IMG/VR virus record: IMGVR_UViG_3300025087_000034
DNA: 64,000 bases
DNA from: a virus
Taxonomy: Duplodnaviria > Caudoviricetes
Reading direction: 5' to 3' (one strand)
Shown: positions 16,210 to 25,789 of the stretch, in pieces
Position numbering within the stretch: position 1 is the stretch's first letter
Layout: each line of letters opens with the position of its first letter
Notes under the pieces: generated by a model
The model's input: only the letters and a program-made list of their open reading frames with translations
Databases searched by the model: none
What the model was told of the DNA's origin: nothing
Made by a program: the position numbers and the translations under genes

Positions 16210-16545
16210 AGGTAATGCCAATGGCATTATTTAACATACTATCTAGTCGTTTCAAGACTTACCCTAGTAGAGGGCGGTTAAAAACACCCAAAAAGTTTTT
16301 ATACACCGATAGTCTACAGAGCGTGTTCACTGTTATCGAGGAACCGGCATAATCAGGATAAACTTGCCTTGGGAAGGCAAATGAATACTCCGAAGCCCTG
16401 AGTGGGGTCCGTTGTAGGATTAAATGTGGAGCCCGGGTAACTCACAGTTAAAAAGCGTGGCAGGGGTGTGCAGCCCCTGTTCATTAGGAAAAAGATAAGA
16501 AAATATCTTTGGCCCTCCTTTGAAGGCCTCAAGTTTTTTTCCTTT
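16210..16545 (+). ncRNA. Candidate structured RNA or long 5' leader
   Basis: ORF-free, multiple hairpins, ends in a T-run; the first CDS begins only at 16735. Confidence 0.45.
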
Positions 16546-16734
16546 CTTTTTCTTTATGGTCCCCACTATAAAGGGGTTCCCTTTTCCTTATTTTGGGAAG
16601 GGGGGATTTAGGGGGGATGGGTTCTTGGTTCTTTCGTTTTTTGTTTGACAGTACTTGGGGATGTCTTTTAATCCCTTAGCTTTCGACTTTTCAACAATGT
16701 TTAACTCCTTTAACTATCAGAAAAAGATTTCTAG

Positions 16735-17322
16735 GTGACAATTATGAAGATTAAACTAACAATACCTCAAATTCTATGTCGAAATGTTACCCATCCAAGA
16801 ACTGATGCAGATGAAATATACCTTGCCTACTATATAAGTCTTGCTCGTGTATCTGAGGATAAGACTGAAGTAAGAAAGCACCTAGTAAAAAAGATTTCAT
16901 CAATTAAGAACGGAGTAAAGAAGGGTAATAGATGGTCTCCAGATAGTTTAGAAACAATAGTAGAAACTGGGGATGCAGACAGCCTATTCGTAACTTTTGG
17001 GCTTTATGAAGCAGATGATAAAAAGATATATAAGAAATTGAAGGAAAAATCAGACATACTAGTGGAGCCAGAAAGCTACGATTGGTCTGGACTAGAAATT
17101 CCAGTAGACTTCACTAATTGGATGTCGTGGGTGAAGGCTATCTGGAAAGCTGTAACAGTTTCATATACATACCTAGTTCAAGATGACTTGATAGGTAAGT
17201 ACTCTATAGCAGTACCCAGAATTAAGGGGGAAGATAGGGCATGGTTGGGTAATAGAGAATTAAAGTTTAGTAGCTTTGGTGGAGACTATAGAGTTAGTTT
17301 ACTTATGGAAGAAGTAAAATAG
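16735..17322 (+). CDS. Hypothetical protein
   Basis: 195-aa ORF. Confidence 0.7.
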   Translation: MTIMKIKLTIPQILCRNVTHPRTDADEIYLAYYISLARVSEDKTEVRKHLVKKISSIKNGVKKGNRWSPDSLETIVETGDADSLFVTFGLYEADDKKIYKKLKEKSDILVEPESYDWSGLEIPVDFTNWMSWVKAIWKAVTVSYTYLVQDDLIGKYSIAVPRIKGEDRAWLGNRELKFSSFGGDYRVSLLMEEVK

Positions 17323-17394
17323 TATATTAGGGCAGGAATACTGCCGACCAGATTGGTCCAATAGACAGATAGACAGACAGAAGGAGATAGAAAG

Positions 17395-17769
17395 ATGTAT
17401 ATAAAGATACTTGTTGATCAAAATGTAAATGGTAGTGTTTTTGAGTACACTCCAGATGAGGGTAATAAGTGGGTTAGTATGGATAACAGGCCGGTTACTA
17501 TAATCAAAGAATGTAGTGACGTAAGCTATTATACACAACCAAAGAAAGCAAATCAGGGGGTAGACCTAGATTTTGGAGGAGCAGCCTTAGATAGACAAGA
17601 AGTTCTTTCTTTAGGAGATATAAGGAAATATGCTAATGTGCTTTTTATTGATTACTACACGAAAGACGGAGAGCACAAAACCATAGTTGGTTATGGAATT
17701 GACTTATATATAATGAATGACGAAGGTAAAACTATAGACTCAGAAAAGTGTTATAGGAAACTAGGTTAG
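17395..17769 (+). CDS. Hypothetical protein
   Basis: 124-aa ORF with AAGGAG RBS. Confidence 0.7.
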   Translation: MYIKILVDQNVNGSVFEYTPDEGNKWVSMDNRPVTIIKECSDVSYYTQPKKANQGVDLDFGGAALDRQEVLSLGDIRKYANVLFIDYYTKDGEHKTIVGYGIDLYIMNDEGKTIDSEKCYRKLG

Positions 17770-17867
17770 TATAAAACAAAGACCAATCTGGACAAGTCTG
17801 TTGTAAATAAAAACAATCTATCCCCGCTTTAAAATTTTAGGGCGGGCTAAAAAAGAATGGATGATAA

Positions 17868-18029
17868 ATGTTAAATTATTCTAACGACCTAGAACCCATA
17901 AAAACAGAATGTCCTAATTGTGAGGAAAAACTACATTTTTTTAACTATTTTGAAGAAGAAACCTTAGAAGAAACTAATTATGACATAATAATTACTTGTC
18001 CTCATTGTGGTTATACTTGGTTTAATTAA
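17868..18029 (+). CDS. Small Zn-ribbon protein, 53 aa
   Basis: Manual translation with CPNC and CPHCG; its stop overlaps the next ATG (TAATG). Confidence 0.6.
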   Translation: MLNYSNDLEPIKTECPNCEEKLHFFNYFEEETLEETNYDIIITCPHCGYTWFN

Positions 18030-18403
18030 TGAGATGTTTAAGCATTAAACAACCTTGGTTAGAATTGATATTAAATGGGGAAAAGACCATAGAAGTAAGG
18101 ACATGGAAAACCAACTACAGAGGTGAAATATTCCTTCACGCAGGGAAGAGTGTCGATTTTGATGCCTTGGAATATTTTAATTATACCGATGATTGGTTAC
18201 CTACGGGTAAATTACTTGCTACGGCCACCATCCTTGACTGTATAAAATTTGATGAAACTTCTTGGTGCACACTAAAAGAAGAACACTTAAATTACAATAA
18301 CCTAGACAAAATAAAATATGGTTGGATATTAATAAACATAAAGAAAATAACTCCAACACCATATAAAGGTATGTTAGGATTATTTGATGTTAAAACTGAA
18401 TAA
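18029..18403 (+). CDS. ASCH-domain protein
   Basis: LSIKQPW.ELI..G.KTIEVRTW.T.YRG...HAG motif. Confidence 0.9.
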   Translation: MRCLSIKQPWLELILNGEKTIEVRTWKTNYRGEIFLHAGKSVDFDALEYFNYTDDWLPTGKLLATATILDCIKFDETSWCTLKEEHLNYNNLDKIKYGWILINIKKITPTPYKGMLGLFDVKTE

Positions 18404-18574
18404 TTGGATACAACCGTTCTAAATGTAGCCATCCATAAACCGCCTATATAAAAAGCGGTTTTGTCATATATGCTTGTTTTTCTTACAGTTATACCTATAA
18501 ATTTTTCCTGGAGGACTAAAAAATGTTTGATCACAACATTGTATCAAGAAACAGAACTTAAGGAGCCTACTCGA

Positions 18575-18970
18575 ATGAAAGAAATATTCGGTCTTCATCT
18601 CATTATAGATGCATATGTAGAAAAAGAAGAAGTTCTAACAAAAGAACACATACTATCTACATTTGATGAACTCATTAGTCTCTTAAAAATGGAAAAGTTA
18701 GGTGAGCCAATGGTACGTGAAGTACCTGTTGATTCAGACCTATTAAATACTGATGAGGATGAGGGTGGTATTTCTATAATAGTTCCTATAACTACAAGTC
18801 ATTTAGCTATATATGTATGGCCCCTAAGAAAGGCATTAATGATGGATATATTCTCTTGTAAGAACTTTCTAGCTACAGAAGCATATGGTTTCTTACACGA
18901 TAAATTTGGTTTCACGGAAGTAAAAATAAATGTTATAAATAGAATAGACCCGGTAGTATATTATCAATAA
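18575..18970 (+). CDS. speD: S-adenosylmethionine decarboxylase-like proenzyme
   Basis: FGLHLIID, ITTSHLAIYVW (autocleavage Ser), DIFSCK; start set after AAGGAG. Confidence 0.8.
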   Translation: MKEIFGLHLIIDAYVEKEEVLTKEHILSTFDELISLLKMEKLGEPMVREVPVDSDLLNTDEDEGGISIIVPITTSHLAIYVWPLRKALMMDIFSCKNFLATEAYGFLHDKFGFTEVKINVINRIDPVVYYQ

Positions 18971-19026
18971 CTATTGCTTGAATAGGCCCTCTTTATCTGT
19001 TCGTCTAATTATTTTCTACACAAAAG

Positions 19027-19055
19027 TTGACAATCTAATAATTTTTTCCTATATA
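19027..19055 (+). promoter_or_regulatory. Possible sigma70 promoter
   Basis: TTGACA-N17-TATATA in an intergenic gap. Confidence 0.4.
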
Positions 19056-19200
19056 TAATAGTGATTGAGTATTTTTTAGTAATATATTAAATCGTTTTAT
19101 GTATAAACGGGTGGATTTGTTTTTTTGAAAATCACCACACCTTTTGCGAAAACCAGAAATTTTTTCAGCGCGCCAAAAAAATTGGCCCCAAGGATATAAA

Positions 19201-19608
19201 ATGGATGATAACAAAATAAATGAAATAATGGGATGGTTATTAAAAAGCCATATGAATACCCCTCTTGGTAGGGTATGTATGAGGATGCTTGAGTTGGGTA
19301 AATCTAGGCAGATATCTTCAAAAGTAGTTGAAGTAGTATTGTCTGAATTACTACCTGTAATAGAACAAGAGGAAAGAAAAGAACAAGAAAAGGTTGTTAT
19401 TGCAGTGGTCGAAAAAGTTAGTGATCTACCTGACGAAAAGACTGTTGTTGATGCAGATATAAAAGAAGAGGTAGCGGTGGAGGTAGAGGAAGACGTAAGT
19501 GCAAAGGAAGACTACATACTATTTGAGGGTAGTTCTCCTGCGATATATAGCGACAGTTATCTACCTACTAATCCTTGGATAAAAGATAAAAGAAAGGGGA
19601 ATAAGTAA
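19201..19608 (+). CDS. Hypothetical acidic protein
   Basis: ORF, AAGGA RBS before ATG 19201. Confidence 0.65.
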   Translation: MDDNKINEIMGWLLKSHMNTPLGRVCMRMLELGKSRQISSKVVEVVLSELLPVIEQEERKEQEKVVIAVVEKVSDLPDEKTVVDADIKEEVAVEVEEDVSAKEDYILFEGSSPAIYSDSYLPTNPWIKDKRKGNK

Positions 19609-19738
19609 ACAAGGTCTTTGGACATAAGTAGATTATAATAGCTCTTAATAAAATTTCCTTGTCATTCTTCTTAGGTTTTTCTATTATTAATATATAGGGA
19701 GACCTAAGCTATTTTTAAATTTCTAAAAGGAGTATGCT

Positions 19739-20449
19739 ATGGTATTAAAGACTTTGGTTCTGGTAGCTTCCTTAGTTTTAATTGCTACCCCCACCAAGGC
19801 CTCTGGTAGTCAGGATGGTACAATGATAGAAGGTATTATGACTATGAGGGGTAATTTTAAACATGTAGACTTAAAGTTAGTAGAAGGATTAGTTAAAGAA
19901 GTAAGTGAAGTAGTTTCTAAGGAAGAGTATATATGGATAGAACCAGAGACTATACTCGGTCTGGCCCTTAATGAATCTGATTTAAGATGGTGGTTGGTAT
20001 CAGGAGATAAATATTTTAAGGATTGTGGAATATGTCAAAATCATGTGCCTTCTTTTAGAAATTCTTTTGGTGCGCGAAAAAAACTTTGTATAGATTTGAC
20101 ACGATCTACAAAGTTAAGTTTTGAGTACGCTGCTAGAGAGTTGACAGATATATATAGTAAGTGGTGTAAGGATAGATATAAAGCTCCAATTATTAGAGAG
20201 GGGGAGTTTATACATAATTTTTTAGGCCGGCTAGAAAAATACCACTTAAATAAATTAAGATGTACTTTAAATATCTATAATCAAGGACCTAAATACTTTA
20301 GTAGAATAAAAGACCCAAAATGGTATTATAGAAATAATTATTGGATAAGGTCTTATTGTTTTACTATGGGGATACGCTTAGGTAAAAAACCAAAAGTAGA
20401 TTGTAGAAGGGCAACAAGTATTAGATGGGTAAATTCAATGTATAAATAA
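19739..20449 (+). CDS. Secreted lytic transglycosylase (SLT)-like protein
   Basis: Signal-peptide-like N-terminus; LALNES (catalytic Glu), GICQ and YNQG match SLT motifs I-III. Confidence 0.65.
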   Translation: MVLKTLVLVASLVLIATPTKASGSQDGTMIEGIMTMRGNFKHVDLKLVEGLVKEVSEVVSKEEYIWIEPETILGLALNESDLRWWLVSGDKYFKDCGICQNHVPSFRNSFGARKKLCIDLTRSTKLSFEYAARELTDIYSKWCKDRYKAPIIREGEFIHNFLGRLEKYHLNKLRCTLNIYNQGPKYFSRIKDPKWYYRNNYWIRSYCFTMGIRLGKKPKVDCRRATSIRWVNSMYK

Positions 20450-20459
20450 GGAGAAAGCA

Positions 20460-20654
20460 ATGGTAGACATTCTATACTATTTCTTTACTTTTTTAGGTGT
20501 TATGTTGTTAGGGGTCTGTGGAGTAGCTTCTGTTTCCTATTTGGTGGGTGTTTATAGGGATAGAAAAAGAAAGAAGCTGGTAAAGAACTTTTATAGAACA
20601 ATCGGTTTCAATCACTGTTATAGGGATATTAAGAAAGGTCCTAAAAACGGATAA
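20460..20654 (+). CDS. Small membrane protein
   Basis: One TM segment and a basic C-terminus; AAGGAG RBS. Confidence 0.6.
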   Translation: MVDILYYFFTFLGVMLLGVCGVASVSYLVGVYRDRKRKKLVKNFYRTIGFNHCYRDIKKGPKNG

Positions 20655-20665
20655 GAGGTTTCACC

Positions 20666-20881
20666 ATGAGTGTTTTAGAAGTTGCTGTTTTAAGTTATGA
20701 TGACTACATTAATATGTATGTTGTTGAGTATCGTTTACTAATTAGGTCTGGAGTTGCTCGTAGGACCAAGGCTTTCTACAGAAACGGAGAACTCAGTAGA
20801 GACTCAGATAATAAGGTTTTGCTCCAAAGAGTTAAGGAAGCAGTAAAGGTCTATAATAGGAAAAATAACATAGATACGTAA
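20666..20881 (+). CDS. Hypothetical protein
   Basis: 71-aa ORF, GAGG RBS. Confidence 0.55.
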   Translation: MSVLEVAVLSYDDYINMYVVEYRLLIRSGVARRTKAFYRNGELSRDSDNKVLLQRVKEAVKVYNRKNNIDT

Positions 20882-20940
20882 TTGGAACGTCTAGTAGGCT
20901 AGAAATTTTTTCGCGGGCTAAAAGAGAAAGGACCCAAAAA

Positions 20941-21327
20941 ATGGTTTTTAAACAAGAGTTAATAACGGAACAAGACATATTCAATACTATAAATAATTTA
21001 CCTCCTCCTCCTCCTGAAGTAGAACAAAAAATAATAATAGAAGAAGATAGTAATACCATAGAGGTTGAAGTTCCTCCGGCTTGGTCTTTGTTTAAGTACA
21101 TGTTAAAGCCAGACTTAAAAGGACTTGATCACATAAGGTATGATGAAAGACCATATTATACGATACCTTCTGGCTATGACGTGGATGAAGAATCCTTGGA
21201 AATGTGGGTGTGGTTTTATACATTCCCTGCGGGGGGAGTTGGTAGTGATATATCACAATTCTTTGTTAAACGTGACGTTGGACTTACTGCAGGTCGGGGA
21301 ACAGGCGGTGGAGAAAAAGATGAGTAA
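20941..21327 (+). CDS. Hypothetical protein
   Basis: 128-aa ORF with a poly-Pro stretch. Confidence 0.6.
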   Translation: MVFKQELITEQDIFNTINNLPPPPPEVEQKIIIEEDSNTIEVEVPPAWSLFKYMLKPDLKGLDHIRYDERPYYTIPSGYDVDEESLEMWVWFYTFPAGGVGSDISQFFVKRDVGLTAGRGTGGGEKDE

Positions 21328-21793
21328 ATATATTTATTTAGCTGGTGGTATGGAAAAGTCTATTGATGGTAAGGAGTGGAGAGAGAAGGCTCAAAGGGTG
21401 CTAGAGGGCCTTGGGCATAAAATCTTTAACCCCTATGATGAGGAACCCAGAATTTTCGGGGACCAAGGTCCGGTTTATGACCTAATATATAGGTATGATA
21501 AGGAAAAAGACTATCGTAAATATAATGAGGTAATGTCAGATATAGTGAGGTATGACTTAGGTAAGATAAGAGATGAGATAACTGATATATTGGTTCGGTT
21601 TGATGAGTCAGTTCTCCTAGGGGCAGGAACGTACGCAGAGATTTCCCTCGCCCACTTGCTCGACAAACCCGTCCACTGTTATCTTTATGGTATAGGTATC
21701 AGGAGAGTGCCTGCTTGGGCTATAGGGTGTTTTACTACTATTGGGTATAACCTGGACGAGGCCCTTGACAACCTTGTGAAGTATGATGGATAA
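21320..21793 (+). CDS. Nucleoside 2-deoxyribosyltransferase-like protein
   Basis: IYLAGGM, FNP, YDL, GTYAE, KPV motifs; start MSKY after GGAG. Confidence 0.8.
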   Translation: MSKYIYLAGGMEKSIDGKEWREKAQRVLEGLGHKIFNPYDEEPRIFGDQGPVYDLIYRYDKEKDYRKYNEVMSDIVRYDLGKIRDEITDILVRFDESVLLGAGTYAEISLAHLLDKPVHCYLYGIGIRRVPAWAIGCFTTIGYNLDEALDNLVKYDG

Positions 21794-22001
21794 TAAAGTA
21801 AAAATCCCATCTTCTTTGAAACAGAAGATACATTCAAACCATGTAAGCAATAACTATAAGGCCGGGGTGTTTATCTTTAAGGCTATTGATGATACTAGTG
21901 TTCAAATAGTGCTTGATAGTTTGTTAGAATATTGTTTAGAGAATGACTTAATGGATGAGGTCGGTAAGATGAATATGAAGGAGTTATTTGGGATAGAATA
22001 A
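21783..22001 (+). CDS. Hypothetical protein
   Basis: 72-aa ORF coupled to its neighbours. Confidence 0.55.
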   Translation: MMDNKVKIPSSLKQKIHSNHVSNNYKAGVFIFKAIDDTSVQIVLDSLLEYCLENDLMDEVGKMNMKELFGIE

Positions 22002-22648
22002 TGGAAGAAGTAAAATCAGGTATATATTGTATTTGTAATTTAGTTAATGGAAAACTCTATATTGGACAGGCGGCTGATTTTAAGCTAAGGTGGAGGGGCC
22101 ATATCAGTAGGCTTAATAGGGGGTCTAAGTATTCAAATCCCCACCTTCTAGCTGCTTGGAAGAAGTATGGTCCCGAAGCTTTTGTCTTTGAGATTATAGA
22201 ATATGTTCCTAAAGATAAAGAACTCCTTAAAGAACGGGAACAGTATTGGATGGACTATTTGAATGTGACTGACGATGGGGTGGGGTATAATATATTTCCC
22301 ACGGCGGGGTCACCTTTGGGAGTTAAGCGTACAGAGGAATTCAAGCAGAAAAGGTCTGAGGATATGAAGGGTGAAAACAACCATATGTGGGGCAAACACC
22401 CTGTTCGCTCGGAAGATTCCAAGCAGAAAATATCTGGTGAAAAAAACCCTATGTTTGGTCAGACAGGTGAAAAAAGCCCTAGTTATAAACATGCTAAGCG
22501 CCATGATTATGATGGAAAATCACAGACTCTGTCCTATTGGGCAAAAGAGTATGGTATAAATGAAACTACATTGAATTACAGGATAACTAAATTGGGGATG
22601 TCTATTGAAGAAGCCCTAACAACTCCCGTTAAGCGTAGAAGAAATTAG
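22001..22648 (+). mobile_element. GIY-YIG homing endonuclease with NUMOD3-type motifs
   Basis: SGIYCICNLVNGKLYIG, RWRGH, REQYW, KGENNHMWGK, C-terminal WAKEYG..ALTTP. Confidence 0.88.
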
Positions 22649-22671
22649 TTTTGTTTTTAAAGGAGATTTAA

Positions 22672-23685
22672 ATGAATTTTACAGGAGATATATGCTCGAC
22701 GTTTAGGCCGAAGAAGTTCTCAGAAGTAGTAGGTCAAAAGGCTATAGTAGCGAGTTTAAAGGCAGCCGTTTTAAATAAAAATAGGTCATCCTTGTATCTT
22801 TTACATGGTACCAATGGGATAGGGAAGACAACATTAGCAAGAATATTGGCGGCATGTTTTAATTGTGATAACTTAGGAGAAGATGGAAATCCGTGTGGCA
22901 TTTGCCTAGGGTGTATGGGGGTATATTCGCAGACTAATTTAGATATTGTGGAAATAGACGCTGCAGATGCTAATGGCATAAACGAGGTTAGGGGGATAAA
23001 GACCAACCTCTCGAATCGTTCTTTGTATGGAAGAACAAAGGTAGTAATATTTGACGAAGTACACGGTATGTCTGTTCAAGGACAAAAGGCCCTCTTAAAG
23101 ATGGCGGAGGAAACTCCAGGTAATTCTGTATTGATAATGTGCACTACAGATCCTACAAAGCTGGATAAGGGCCTTATTGACAGAGCAGAGTGTTATGCTC
23201 TTTCGACCCTCTCTCCTACAGAAATATCTTCTTATGTTTCATATATTTGTACTCTTATGGGTATGCCTTTAGATGAGAAAGTAATAGAATTAGTAACTGA
23301 GCAATCCCAGGGTAAACCACGAAGGGCTTTAAAAGGCCTGCAAAAAGCAATAAACATAGGGTTTGATCATATAGATGACATAAAAGAAGTATTAGCTTTA
23401 GATGAAGAAGTTGATAAAGATGTTTTAGATTTGTACCGGTCTATTATCAGTGGGTATTCTAGTTGGGATAAGATTATGAGTACCTATCGTGCTATAGAGA
23501 TGGATTCGGAAATGTTTCGTATAATGCTGGCCGGATTATTTCGTTCTTTGGTCGAACGTTCAAAAAATTTAGATCGTAGAGCTTTGGAGTCTTTAGGAAT
23601 TCTTTTGAAGCCACTTCCGTACCCGAAACCTGAAAATGCATTAGTATATTGTTTGGCTTCTATATTTTCTGAATACAAAAGATAA
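22672..23685 (+). CDS. dnaX: DNA polymerase III gamma/tau-like clamp-loader ATPase
   Basis: RPKKFSEVVGQ, GTNGIGKTT, Zn-site CFNC..CGICLGC, EIDAA, DEVH. Confidence 0.92.
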   Translation: MNFTGDICSTFRPKKFSEVVGQKAIVASLKAAVLNKNRSSLYLLHGTNGIGKTTLARILAACFNCDNLGEDGNPCGICLGCMGVYSQTNLDIVEIDAADANGINEVRGIKTNLSNRSLYGRTKVVIFDEVHGMSVQGQKALLKMAEETPGNSVLIMCTTDPTKLDKGLIDRAECYALSTLSPTEISSYVSYICTLMGMPLDEKVIELVTEQSQGKPRRALKGLQKAINIGFDHIDDIKEVLALDEEVDKDVLDLYRSIISGYSSWDKIMSTYRAIEMDSEMFRIMLAGLFRSLVERSKNLDRRALESLGILLKPLPYPKPENALVYCLASIFSEYKR

Positions 23686-23690
23686 TACCT

Positions 23691-24230
23691 ATGTGTGAAA
23701 AAGACTGTAGTCATAATTGTGATAATAAATATAAGCATATGGGTGTGACTCCTGTTGAGTTGAACTATCGCCAGGAGGGTAGGTGCAAACTAGAATTGTT
23801 TATAGATATTGTTGGTGATGAGAACTTGGTTGACGACTTATATTGTACTGATGGGGAAGAATATGCTAGACTTTGTGATATGTTAAATCCCACATTTGAG
23901 TGTGTAAAATGTGTACGAAATAAGTTTATAAATACTATAGGAGAATTAATGGATAATTTCAAATACTTAAATAAGTGGACTGTTTTAGTTCTTCAAACTT
24001 TTTCTTCCGCCGAAAAAAATTCTGACCATGTTTATGTAGAAATGTCAAAGCCGACATTGCTAGACGTAAAAGATTTTATGAGTAAGACCTTTATATATAC
24101 TTCTGAGACCAGCCCTCTTAGAGAGGTTGAAGGAAAGACTTATTTGTTTGGTAAAGAAGTTATATTTAATAATAAGATAAAAGCCGGAATAATGGTTATA
24201 ATGCCTGGGAATTTTGAGGTAGAGGTCTAA
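23691..24230 (+). CDS. Hypothetical protein
   Basis: 179-aa ORF. Confidence 0.65.
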   Translation: MCEKDCSHNCDNKYKHMGVTPVELNYRQEGRCKLELFIDIVGDENLVDDLYCTDGEEYARLCDMLNPTFECVKCVRNKFINTIGELMDNFKYLNKWTVLVLQTFSSAEKNSDHVYVEMSKPTLLDVKDFMSKTFIYTSETSPLREVEGKTYLFGKEVIFNNKIKAGIMVIMPGNFEVEV

Positions 24231-24233
24231 TCC

Positions 24234-25277
24234 ATGTCAATATGTTTAAGGTATAAAGACCTTCTTGAAGAACTTACCTCTGTGTGCAGTTTATCTGGCT
24301 ATACTTCAGACGTAGGTAAGATAGTTCTTAGGGAGGCAAGTAATCTTGGGTTAAAGTCTGGTGTCGATGTGCTTGGGTCTGTTTCGGTGTTTATTGCTCC
24401 TGCAGTTACACATATTAACAATAGTAAAATAGTTATGCTATCTGCACATATGGACTCGTGCGGTTACTTAGTAGGTGGCTTTGGTGATAATGAAGGGGAG
24501 GTGTTGCTTAAACATATAGGGTATCCTGATGTCAATGGTAAACAATCAGGTAGGGTGTTTTGTAAGGATAGGGTAGTGGACATAGTTATAAAGGACGATG
24601 GTATTGATAATATACCAGATTTAGGGTGGGGTGATTCAGATACTATAGTAGCAATTGTGGATAATAAAGCTCTATCTTATATAAATGTTGGCGACCCTGT
24701 TCAGTTTTATAGTAAGCTAGTTAATAAGCCTGAAAGTAGGTTTGTTGGATCGTTTATGGATAATAAGGCCGGGGTAGTGGCCCTACTTTGTGTTATGGAA
24801 AAACTGTCACAAGTCAAGAATAGAAAAGATAATTTTTGTTTGGTTTTTACAGAGTTAGAAGAAGTTTCTGAGGTCGGGGGGCGAGCCATGGCTGACAAGT
24901 TAAAGCCCCAAGTGCACATATGCGTAGACATATTTTTGCACGATGTAAAAAAAGAAGTTGGTCGTAAAGTGGTCATACCTACAGGCCCCATGTTTAATAA
25001 AAAGTTGGTAAGGTTGGCAATAGAGATAGCTGAAGAAAATAAAATACCATATGAGGTTAAAATAACTAGGGGCTCCGCTATGACGGATGTTGACAATGTA
25101 GTAGGCTCTTGTGGGGGAGTTGCTTGCGTAGAGTTTGATATTCCTGGATACGGACTTCATGGTCCAAAAGAGACAATTTCCAAAAAAGGATTGTTAAATA
25201 CAATAAAATTAGTTAGTAAATTTTGTGAGAAATTACAGCAGGTTAGTAACTTTTTTCCTATAGAAGGAGTAAACTAA
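24234..25277 (+). CDS. M42-family metallopeptidase
   Basis: AHMD, DNKAG, ELEEV, TDVD, LHGPKE metal ligands. Confidence 0.85.
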   Translation: MSICLRYKDLLEELTSVCSLSGYTSDVGKIVLREASNLGLKSGVDVLGSVSVFIAPAVTHINNSKIVMLSAHMDSCGYLVGGFGDNEGEVLLKHIGYPDVNGKQSGRVFCKDRVVDIVIKDDGIDNIPDLGWGDSDTIVAIVDNKALSYINVGDPVQFYSKLVNKPESRFVGSFMDNKAGVVALLCVMEKLSQVKNRKDNFCLVFTELEEVSEVGGRAMADKLKPQVHICVDIFLHDVKKEVGRKVVIPTGPMFNKKLVRLAIEIAEENKIPYEVKITRGSAMTDVDNVVGSCGGVACVEFDIPGYGLHGPKETISKKGLLNTIKLVSKFCEKLQQVSNFFPIEGVN

Positions 25278-25753
25278 TGGTTTGTACAAATTGTGGTAAA
25301 AAGGATAGACATGATATAGAAAGGACACCAGCCGATAATATACCAGGGACAGACTCGGCTTTGGGTCTCAAAAGTGATGTGGAGGCTGATTTTATTCGGC
25401 GGCTAAAAAAAGTGGATGAAAAATTTCCAGACCCCATGAAACTATCATATAAAGAATATATAAAAGAAAGAGAACAATATGTGAGAGAAAAAAAGTCAAT
25501 AGCAGAGGAGATGGTTAGTGAACGAAGTGAAGATTTCAAACGTATCCAAATTCATGACCTTGTAATGATCTTTAATTATGAGGAGTTTTCACCTTATATA
25601 ACACCTCACCAAGCTATTGTTGCGTTATGGGAGTTTTCTCATAGTAAGTCATTTAATAAGATATTTGACGAGTTTGAAGGTTTAAGAGAACAGGTTGATT
25701 TAAGATATAAAGAACTAAAAGATAAAAATATTACATTGTTATGGAAAATATAG
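25277..25753 (+). CDS. Hypothetical protein
   Basis: 158-aa ORF beginning CTNC. Confidence 0.65.
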   Translation: MVCTNCGKKDRHDIERTPADNIPGTDSALGLKSDVEADFIRRLKKVDEKFPDPMKLSYKEYIKEREQYVREKKSIAEEMVSERSEDFKRIQIHDLVMIFNYEEFSPYITPHQAIVALWEFSHSKSFNKIFDEFEGLREQVDLRYKELKDKNITLLWKI

Positions 25754-25789
25754 TTAACAAAATATGAAAAGTATTTTATATATAAATAT

